Of a stretch of DNA of 61,605 bases, positions 46,370-53,518 are shown piece by piece. Made by a program: the position numbers and the translations under genes. The notes under the pieces were generated by a model that was not told where the DNA came from, ran no database searches, and saw nothing but the letters and a program-made list of their open reading frames with translations. The stretch comes from an uncultured Francisellaceae bacterium (GTDB lineage Bacteria > Pseudomonadota > Gammaproteobacteria > Berkiellales > Berkiellaceae): the NCBI GenBank assembly GCA_964433995.1, contig CAYSTH010000001.1:1-61605 (forward strand). Reading direction: 5' to 3'. The stretch's first letter is position 1; every line of letters begins with the position of its first letter.

Positions 46370-46663
46370 TTAATTACTTGTCATATTCAATGTTAATTCT
46401 GGCATCTTTACTGATGTATCAACAACTGGCAAATGAACTCCTAGGTTTTTAGAACCTCTTTGAAGATCGTAAGCAATTTGAATACCCATTGCGATCATCA
46501 TTAAGGGTGCTGCATATTCCATAGGAATATTCAAAACAGGCATCTCACCACTTACTTTAATCAAACATTGTGAGCTATTGCTCACTACATCATATATAGA
46601 TAATAAACATTGGCTGTATCCACCAGAGACTTGTTCTAATTGAGTTGTTGTTATGGTCTTCAT
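46370..46663 (-). CDS. Double-glycine-leader peptide precursor (class II microcin/bacteriocin-like)
   Basis: 97-aa ORF with the textbook GG leader MKTITTTQLEQVSGG|YSQC... The core has two Cys and a hydrophobic stretch (AAPLMMIAMGIQIAY). Confidence 0.6.
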   Translation of the reverse strand: MKTITTTQLEQVSGGYSQCLLSIYDVVSNSSQCLIKVSGEMPVLNIPMEYAAPLMMIAMGIQIAYDLQRGSKNLGVHLPVVDTSVKMPELTLNMTSN

Positions 46664-46957
46664 CTTTGTAACCTCTAATCCAAGAATATGAAAAATATTA
46701 AGTTGTCATTTTATACAATCAACTTATGTAATTTAACTTATTAACCATACCGTTTATCTCCAAAATACAACCGTTCGTCATCGATTTAAACCGTTTGGTC
46801 CATTATTTTTATGATTTTGTCGATCTGTAAATACACATAACAGGCACACAGTGGGTACTTAGCTTAAACTTTTAGAGAGATCAAGCGATAACACAACTAC
46901 CTAATTTAGTTTAGGAAGTGTTCATTTTTATAGTTGTATACAATGTTGGAGATTATT

Positions 46958-47251
46958 ATGAAGTCTAAAATCCTAATGGCGATTTCTATTGCAGCAGCTC
47001 TTTCCGCTAACACTGCTTTTGCAGCTGATGAAATGATGGATAAATGCAAAGTCGTTAAAGATGGCAAAGGAATGATCAAAGCCAACAAAGCTGACTGTGC
47101 TGGTACAAGCCATGCTTGCGCTGGTCAAAACAAAGCTGGCGATGCTGAATCTTGGATCAAAGTGCCAAAAGGACAGTGTGAAAAAATTAATGCTGGTGAT
47201 TTTAGCGGCGTAAGCAAAGAAGTCAAAGAAAAAATCGAAGGCGCAAAATAA
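46958..47251 (+). CDS. bufA: DUF2282-type secreted Cys-containing precursor peptide (bufferin-type RiPP precursor)
   Basis: I trimmed to the ATG at 46958, which is preceded by GGAGA. The Sec signal is MKSKILMAISIAAALSANTAFA|A. The core is DKCKVV..KADCAGTSHACAGQNK..ESWIKVPKGQCEKI (4 Cys). Confidence 0.75.
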   Translation: MKSKILMAISIAAALSANTAFAADEMMDKCKVVKDGKGMIKANKADCAGTSHACAGQNKAGDAESWIKVPKGQCEKINAGDFSGVSKEVKEKIEGAK

Positions 47252-47280
47252 TCATTATTTAAAAATATTAATGGATTAAT

Positions 47281-48138
47281 ATGACTTTGAATCAACTAAT
47301 TGGTATAGGCCTTAGGCATCCTCATTATCATGAGGTTATCGATAGTCAACCTGGTATTGGTTGGTTCGAAGTTCACAGCGAAAACTTTTTTCATTTAGGC
47401 GGTCCTAGCCTTAATGCCCTTAAAACAATCCGAGCATCTTACCCAATTAGCTTACATGGCGTGGGTTTATCATTGGGATCTGCAGATAAATTAGATGTAG
47501 ATCATCTTAAAAAAATAAAAAAACTTATTCGAGAAATTGATCCTTTTTTAGTTTCTGAACATTTATCTTGGGGAAAAATCAATAACACATTTTTACCGGA
47601 CTTATTGCCTTTACCTTATACCCAAGAAAGCTTAAGTGTGATTTCTCAAAACATTCAACAAACTCAAGATTATCTGCAACGTGAAATATTAATAGAAAAC
47701 CCCTCTTCATACCTAGAATATCAAGATTCTGAACTTGATGAAGCCGACTTTATAGTTAAATTATGCCAAAAATCTGGCGCTAAACTTTTATTAGACATTA
47801 ATAATATTTTTGTTTCTGCTCACAATCATCAATGGGACGCTAAAAAATATATCAATAGCATTCCTGGCGATTTGGTAAAAGAGTTACATTTAGCTGGTCA
47901 TTCTCATAAAGCTTTATCTGAACAAAAAATAATTAAAGTCGACACGCATAATAATAAAGTATGCGAAGAAGTGTGGGAACTTTATATTTATAGCTTGACA
48001 CATTTTGGTTTAAAACACACTCTCATAGAATGGGATGCCGATATTCCTGAATTAAGTGTTTTATTAGAAGAAGCACAAAAAGCTAAAACATATTGTGAGT
48101 TAAACTTAGTGCAGCAGCAAGCTCATGCAAAAGCTTAA
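47281..48138 (+). CDS. bufB: DUF692 / MNIO (multinuclear non-heme iron oxidative) enzyme
   Basis: 285-aa ORF with GIGLRHPHY, GWFEVHSENFF, YPISLHGVGLSLGS, LVSEHLSW, ENPSSY and LLLDINN, which fit the UPF0276/DUF692 pattern. Confidence 0.85.
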   Translation: MTLNQLIGIGLRHPHYHEVIDSQPGIGWFEVHSENFFHLGGPSLNALKTIRASYPISLHGVGLSLGSADKLDVDHLKKIKKLIREIDPFLVSEHLSWGKINNTFLPDLLPLPYTQESLSVISQNIQQTQDYLQREILIENPSSYLEYQDSELDEADFIVKLCQKSGAKLLLDINNIFVSAHNHQWDAKKYINSIPGDLVKELHLAGHSHKALSEQKIIKVDTHNNKVCEEVWELYIYSLTHFGLKHTLIEWDADIPELSVLLEEAQKAKTYCELNLVQQQAHAKA

Positions 48139-48892
48139 AGATATTCAACATGATTTTACTCATAGTTTATTTCAAACCGACAAGATACCTGTTTCTGATT
48201 TTATTGCGTCTGATTATGCTAGTGAGCGTCTGAATATTTACAGACAAACGATTATACAAAATTTACGCCAAGCCCTTGCCATTACCTACCCTGGTATTTG
48301 GCACTTACTCGGTGATGAATGTGCCGATAGCGTGGCTTATGCTTATATAAATAATATAAACAATTTTCCCATTTCTGGGTGTCTAGATGATTGGGGTATA
48401 AGTTTTGCTGAATTTTTAGAACAACAGCCAGAATTAATAACATTACCTTATCTTAAAGACTATGCTCACTATGAATGGCTAAAACATTTGGCTTATGGGC
48501 AAGCTGATAGCGATTATTTAACTTATGATAAGTTAACAACATTATCTGAAAATGAATTAACCAATGCTATTTTTTATTTTCACCCTACTGTTTATTTTAT
48601 GCAGTCTGTTTTTCCATTGGATAATATTTTAAATATTATTGAAAATCCTGATAGCGAAAAATTACATTTAACCAAACAAAACACTTATGCTCTTATTGCT
48701 AGACCTGAAAACAATGTGATAACTTATTGGCTTTCTGAAGATTATTATGTATTTTTTGATGATTTAAAAAAAGGATTATCGTTTGGATTATCTATAGAAA
48801 AAGCAGAAAAAAAATATTCTGATTTTAACTTATCGGAAATAATAACTTTTTTAATCGAAAATAAGCTTATTTCTCACATTTCTTATGCCTAA
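48125..48892 (+). CDS. bufC: DUF2063-family partner protein of the MNIO enzyme
   Basis: 255-aa ORF overlapping the DUF692 gene by 14 nt. The N-terminal segment (ERLNIYRQTIIQNLRQALAITYPGIWHLLGDE) fits the DUF2063 pattern. Confidence 0.75.
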   Translation: MQKLKDIQHDFTHSLFQTDKIPVSDFIASDYASERLNIYRQTIIQNLRQALAITYPGIWHLLGDECADSVAYAYINNINNFPISGCLDDWGISFAEFLEQQPELITLPYLKDYAHYEWLKHLAYGQADSDYLTYDKLTTLSENELTNAIFYFHPTVYFMQSVFPLDNILNIIENPDSEKLHLTKQNTYALIARPENNVITYWLSEDYYVFFDDLKKGLSFGLSIEKAEKKYSDFNLSEIITFLIENKLISHISYA

Positions 48893-49049
48893 ATTTAAAG
48901 CGTGTACTTAAACATCTAAAAAATACGATTACCTACACTTATGAACACTGTTATCTCTTGCTAGATTCATTTCATCGGTTATTTGTTGTCATTCCTTGAC
49001 CTGCATAGTAGACTGCCTTTTTTTAACTTTAAATACACAGGATATTTCA

Positions 49050-49856
49050 ATGGATAACCCAATTCAAACAGAACGAAATGATCAATTGCGCTCTGCGGCA
49101 GAAGCAGGTATTACGACTGAAATAATCACCCAACTCCAAAATGGGGCAAATATAGAAGCAATGGACCACGATGGTTGGACTGCACTCATGTTCGCCTGTT
49201 TTCATAACCACGCGCCCGTTGTCGAATTATTACTTCAAAAAAAAGCTAACCTAGAACACAAATCTCACAACAATTGTACGCCACTCATCGTTGCTTGTAT
49301 GAAAGGTTGGACTGAAATTGTTAAACTCTTAGTCCAAAACAATGTCAACATTGAGGAAAAAGATAATGAGGGTATGACACCACTTATGTGGGCTTCTTAT
49401 TATGGCCATTATGATATAGTTGATCTTTTAATTCAAAAAAATGCCAATACACTAGCCACCAATCATCTCGGCGAGACTGCACAAGATATTGCCTTGTTTA
49501 AACGGAATGATACATTTTATCAATTATTCCGTACATTAACAGAACAAGAGCGCAAAAATTTTGGAAGTAAAAGTATAAGAAATATCCAGCTTTATACGAG
49601 ATTTATAAAATGGTCTGAAGAGAACCCCCAAAAAAAACAAGATACTTCTGATTTAACACTACAAATACCTACCGTTATTTTTTCTGAAGAACCCAAGCAC
49701 AAAAGTTGTAGTGACATGATAATTGAAGGCTTTATTGCTGCAAAAGAAGGGGTTTTTAATCTTTTTAATACAAAAAGAAAGAGAGAAAACAAAGAGGAAA
49801 ATGAACAAAATCAAGATGGATATGGAAATCCTAACAAAAAGGCAAAGCTAAACTAA
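49050..49856 (+). CDS. Ankyrin-repeat protein with a C-terminal bipartite-NLS-like tail
   Basis: I trimmed from a TTG to the ATG at 49050 (AGGA lies 8 nt upstream). ANK repeats are present (DGWTALMFACFHNHAPVVELLLQKKANLE, NCTPLIVACMKGWTEIVKLLVQNNVNIE, GMTPLMWASYYGHYDIVDLLIQKNAN). The tail is KRKRENKEENEQNQDGYGNPNKKAKLN. Confidence 0.85.
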   Translation: MDNPIQTERNDQLRSAAEAGITTEIITQLQNGANIEAMDHDGWTALMFACFHNHAPVVELLLQKKANLEHKSHNNCTPLIVACMKGWTEIVKLLVQNNVNIEEKDNEGMTPLMWASYYGHYDIVDLLIQKNANTLATNHLGETAQDIALFKRNDTFYQLFRTLTEQERKNFGSKSIRNIQLYTRFIKWSEENPQKKQDTSDLTLQIPTVIFSEEPKHKSCSDMIIEGFIAAKEGVFNLFNTKRKRENKEENEQNQDGYGNPNKKAKLN

Positions 49857-49949
49857 CGCCTGTTCTTCAATATTTTTTTTGCGTTAACTCAGGTATTACA
49901 CTGCGCCTTACGGCGCAGGCGTTAACATAGAGTCAAAAAAAGGTGACAT

Positions 49950-50768
49950 TTAAGAATTAAATTTATTTCGCCGAATTATTTCAGGAGATACATCCATTCT
50001 TTCTTCTGAATGAGCATTTGCTGCAACCATATTTATTTGAGAAAAAACGAGAGGTGCTGTATGTAATGGAAGTTCAGCTGCTTCAAAAACTTTCATTCCA
50101 ATGCGCTCTGGATCAAATATATTAAAAAATGTTTCTAATTGCTCTGGTGTTAATGCATTAAGCAACAAAGATATTATTTCTTTTTTAGATTTTTTGCCAT
50201 AAACTGACCTAAGGGCTGAATATCCATACGCATGGCCTGCGTCTTGATCTACCCCTTTTTGAAGCAGTAATTTAACTATTTCTAATTTATCATTCTGAGC
50301 AGCTTGAATCAGTGGTGTCAAACCAAAAAGATTTTTGGCATTAATATCTACACCGACTTCTTCGATTAGGCCAGTCACAACCATAACATGACCTAGTCGA
50401 ACATGTTCAATGAGCAAATCTTCGAGCGCATATTGCTCTATTTCTTTACGTCTTTGCTCAAGCACGGGATCAAGCTTAAAGCAGGGAGCTTTTGTAAGAT
50501 GTTCATCTAAAATAAAATTTGTGTTTTGATTTTTAACACCTTTTTCGATTAATAAATCGACAATTTTCTGGTGTTGATTCCAATGAGCTAACTGGAAAGC
50601 TGTTAACCCTAAAACATTATGCGCGTTGATATCAGCTTTAGCTTCTTTAATCAGTCCTTTTACTGTCATAAAATGACCATCTCTAGCAAATGCTGTAAAG
50701 AATTCGGTAAGCTGTTTTTCTTCTAATGTTTTATATTCTCGAGCGACAGTTGTAGCAGGTGCGTCCAT
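49950..50768 (-). CDS. Ankyrin-repeat protein
   Basis: 272-aa ORF with ANK-like units (GLTAFQLAHWNQHQKIVDLLIEKGV, GLTPLIQAAQNDKLEIVKLLLQKGVDQD). It has no NLS-like tail. Confidence 0.8.
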   Translation of the reverse strand: MDAPATTVAREYKTLEEKQLTEFFTAFARDGHFMTVKGLIKEAKADINAHNVLGLTAFQLAHWNQHQKIVDLLIEKGVKNQNTNFILDEHLTKAPCFKLDPVLEQRRKEIEQYALEDLLIEHVRLGHVMVVTGLIEEVGVDINAKNLFGLTPLIQAAQNDKLEIVKLLLQKGVDQDAGHAYGYSALRSVYGKKSKKEIISLLLNALTPEQLETFFNIFDPERIGMKVFEAAELPLHTAPLVFSQINMVAANAHSEERMDVSPEIIRRNKFNS

Positions 50769-50789
50769 TTGTACTCTCCTTATTTAAAT

Positions 50790-50880
50790 AAATCCCCCCG
50801 TCTGGCTACGCTGAAGCTACGCCAAGACGGCCCCCTTTGGCATCAAAGGGGCGCGCGAGCAAAACGAGCGGGGGGATTTA
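50790..50880. repeat. GC-rich palindromic element with terminal inverted repeats aaatccccccg / cggggggattt
   Basis: It has internal sub-palindromes (cccctttg gcat caaagggg; cgtctgg...ccaagacg). It fills the gap between the ppiD stop (50878-50880) and the start of the ankyrin gene. Confidence 0.75.
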
Positions 50881-52845
50881 TACTTTTTCTTTATCCGTTT
50901 CAGGCTTGCTATTTTCTAACAAATTTTTGACATTCGATGTTTTGAGTACATGCTCTATCAGCAAGTTAAATTCAACCTGACCTAAAGAACTAGCATAGCT
51001 TTTCATAAAGGCAGGATTTTGAATTTGGCTATCATCTTTGCCATCGATAATATTGCTTGCAGTCACTAAAGCAAAGTCACCATTAGATAACTCAGCTGTT
51101 TTGGCTTGTAATTTATTTTTATTTTTGTCTGTTGGCTTAGGTAAGCTAAATGCTGTTTGTGCTATAGCAGGATCTATGCCCATTTTCGCACCAGGGAAAT
51201 AGCGTGTTTCTTCTACTTCTTTGCGTACTAGTCCTTTTTTAGACTGAACAGACAGATTATTTGCCTGAGCGACTTGTTGTAAAGTTTTGCCGGCCTCTAA
51301 CTCAGCTGTCATTTTTGAGGCTAATGCTTTAGCCTGCTTTTGTGCTTCTTCAGAAGTTAAATAGGTCACAATATCGTTTTTAACCGTTTCTAATGGCTTT
51401 TGTTTCGCAGGAATATGTTGATTCACCCGAACAACGACATATGTTTTGTCATCTAATTTAATAAGCTCACTGTTATGCTTATCTTGCAAAACTTCAGCAC
51501 TAAACGCGGCTTTGAGCAACTTAGGATTTTTAAATAGCTCTTTAGGATCTTCTTGAGAAAATACATCGGTCTGAGCAATCTTCAACTTAAATTTATCGGC
51601 AATAGGCTGAAGTGAATCAGGTTGTTCATAAGCCAAGGTAGATATTTCATCTCCAACTTGACTGATTTGTTCATCAGACTTATGTTCAATAAATTGTGTT
51701 TTTAATTGTTCCTTGACTAAATTAAAAGACTCATGAGATTCGGGAAATTTTTCAAGCAATTTAATAATGTGTATACCAAATTGTGTACGCACTAAACCTG
51801 ATAATTCACCCTGTTTATTCATTGCAAAAACCGCTTTTTCGAATTCAGGAACCATTTCACCTTTACCAAAGGTTCCTAACTCTCCACCATTTTTACCCGA
51901 ACCTGTATCATCAGAATAAGTTTGAGCCAGTTTTTTGAAATCTTCGCCTGCTTTTAATTTAGCAAGTAGCTCTTTGGCTTTTTGTTCTACTTTTTGTGTA
52001 TCTTCTTTGCTTGCATCTTCAGGCAGAGCCAATAATATATGTGCTGCTTTGACTCTTTCTGGTTGAGTATACTGCGCAATATTTTTTTGATAAAAAGCTT
52101 TTAGATCTTCTTCTGTTGGTTTAATTTCTTTTTTGAAATCGGCAGTATTTAAGACAAGATAATCGAACGACGCTTTTTCGTCTGTCACAAAATCTTCAGC
52201 ATGCGCCTTGTAGTAAGCATCAATGCTTTCTGGCGTAATTTTAATCTCTTTAGTAAATCGAGAAGCTGGGATGACAACGTAATCAACATCTCTTTTTTGC
52301 TCAATAAACTTAATAAGCGTTTTGGCTTCTGGCGCTAGTGAAAAATTACTATATACAATGCCTTTCTGAAGTTGGTTAACCAAGATATTTGTTCGGATTT
52401 CAGATTTGAAAGCCTCTAAAGTGTAACCCATTCCTTTAAGAAATTGATTTAACCTTTCTGGTGAGTAAACACCCTCTTCTTGAAATTCGGGTATTGTTTT
52501 CAAAAGTTGATCTAACGTGCTGTTACTCACACGTAAGCCCATGTCTTCGGTTTTGTATTGAAGCGCTTTTACTTCGATAAGATTTTGAAGGGCAACTTGT
52601 TTTAAATAGTTGACGTCAATTTCGAGTTCGGGATTTTGCATGGCTTGTTGACGCTGTAAACGCTCTACCAGCGTATCTAGCTCAGCCATCGTGATTTTAT
52701 CGCCATTTACTTCTGCAGCTGCTTGACCCTTAGGATTTAGGCCTAGCCTATCTCCCACGCCCCACATCACAAAAGTAATGGCAATCATGCCCAAAATTAT
52801 CCAAGCAACCCAACCTTGTGCCTTTTCACGAATATTTTGCAACAT
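50878..52845 (-). CDS. ppiD: Periplasmic chaperone / peptidyl-prolyl isomerase PpiD
   Basis: I trimmed from a TTG to the ATG at 52845 (MLQNIREKAQGWVAWIILGMIAITF, an N-terminal TM anchor; GAGGGA SD). It has a parvulin-like block (VKAAHILL...FGIHIIKL) and the conserved lon-hupB-ppiD neighbourhood. Confidence 0.88.
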   Translation of the reverse strand: MLQNIREKAQGWVAWIILGMIAITFVMWGVGDRLGLNPKGQAAAEVNGDKITMAELDTLVERLQRQQAMQNPELEIDVNYLKQVALQNLIEVKALQYKTEDMGLRVSNSTLDQLLKTIPEFQEEGVYSPERLNQFLKGMGYTLEAFKSEIRTNILVNQLQKGIVYSNFSLAPEAKTLIKFIEQKRDVDYVVIPASRFTKEIKITPESIDAYYKAHAEDFVTDEKASFDYLVLNTADFKKEIKPTEEDLKAFYQKNIAQYTQPERVKAAHILLALPEDASKEDTQKVEQKAKELLAKLKAGEDFKKLAQTYSDDTGSGKNGGELGTFGKGEMVPEFEKAVFAMNKQGELSGLVRTQFGIHIIKLLEKFPESHESFNLVKEQLKTQFIEHKSDEQISQVGDEISTLAYEQPDSLQPIADKFKLKIAQTDVFSQEDPKELFKNPKLLKAAFSAEVLQDKHNSELIKLDDKTYVVVRVNQHIPAKQKPLETVKNDIVTYLTSEEAQKQAKALASKMTAELEAGKTLQQVAQANNLSVQSKKGLVRKEVEETRYFPGAKMGIDPAIAQTAFSLPKPTDKNKNKLQAKTAELSNGDFALVTASNIIDGKDDSQIQNPAFMKSYASSLGQVEFNLLIEHVLKTSNVKNLLENSKPETDKEKV

Positions 52846-52861
52846 GTTCAAATCCCTCAAG

Positions 52862-52892
52862 TAAAAAAAAAGGCGTGTAGTACAACACGCCT
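52862..52892 (-). terminator. Rho-independent terminator downstream of tRNA-Asp (minus strand)
   Basis: 8-bp stem aggcgtgt/acacgcct with a 6-nt loop. The A-run on the plus strand is a U-tract on the minus-strand transcript. Confidence 0.7.
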
Positions 52893-52922
52893 TTTATAAC
52901 TCAAATTTAAGTTTTTGAAAAC

Positions 52923-52999
52923 TGGCGGAGCGGACGGGACTCGAACCCGCGACCCTCGGCGTGACAGGCCGATATTCTAACCAACTGAACTACCGCTCC
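52923..52999 (-). tRNA. tRNA-Asp (GUC)
   Basis: The reverse complement GGAGCGGTAGTTCAGTTGGTTAGAATATCGGCCTGTCACGCCGAGGGTCGCGGGTTCGAGTCCCGTCCGCTCCGCCA folds as a cloverleaf with anticodon loop CUGUCAC. Confidence 0.95.
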
Positions 53000-53005
53000 A
53001 GGATA

Positions 53006-53081
53006 TGGTGGGTGCTGAGGGGATCGAACCCCCGACATTCGCCGTGTAAAGGCGACGCTCTACCAGCTGAGCTAAGCACCC
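53006..53081 (-). tRNA. tRNA-Val (UAC)
   Basis: The reverse complement is GGGTGCTTAGCTCAGCTGGTAGAGCGTCGCCTTTACACGGCGAATGTCGGGGGTTCGATCCCCTCAGCACCCACCA, with anticodon loop UUUACAC. Confidence 0.95.
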
Positions 53082-53096
53082 TGGTTGTTGATGATG

Positions 53097-53408
53097 TCAT
53101 TCATCAACTGTATTGGGGTCGCAGTTTACAGCATCTTTCAACGCTTTACCAGCCTTAAAGAAAGGAATATTTGCAGCACCGATCTGAATAGGCTCTCCTG
53201 TCTTAGGATTACGACCAGTTCTAGCTGCTCTTGGCTTCATTCCAAAGGTTCCAAAGCCCAATAAAGAGATAGATTGACCCGCTTGTAGCGTTTGAGTAAC
53301 AGACTCTAAGAAGGTTGTTAGGGCTTTACCTGCAGCCGCTTTAGAAATAGACGAAGCTTCAGCCATCGCATCGATTAAATCAGTTTTATTGACCGCAATT
53401 TTGCTCAC
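53097..53408 (-). CDS. hupB: DNA-binding protein HU
   Basis: 103-aa ORF (apparent GTG start) with [11 protein letters not shown]..., GFGTF...[17 protein letters not shown] and a short C-terminal extension. Confidence 0.88.
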   Translation of the reverse strand: MSKIAVNKTDLIDAMAEASSISKAAAGKALTTFLESVTQTLQAGQSISLLGFGTFGMKPRAARTGRNPKTGEPIQIGAANIPFFKAGKALKDAVNCDPNTVDE

Positions 53409-53518
53409 ACAGATCCCCTTTATTTTATATTATCCAATTTTTTTATTAATCAAAAAATTTATTATACTCTCTAGCTTAGGTTCTTTAGAAGCCGAGCAAG
53501 AAGCAAGGTATCATGGGA

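Noticed and set aside
49901-49918. GC hairpin ctgcgcc-ttac-ggcgcag between the convergent ankyrin genes, flanked by a gcgttaac direct repeat
   Set aside because: It may be a terminator, but neither strand has a U-tract directly after the stem, so I did not call it as a feature.
52961-53158. ORF 52961-53158, and ORFs 59689-59886, 59729-60025 and 59951-60154
   Set aside because: They overlap tRNA-Asp/Val and the Leu-Lys-His-Arg-Pro tRNA cluster. The reading frames are artefacts of GC-rich tRNA sequence.
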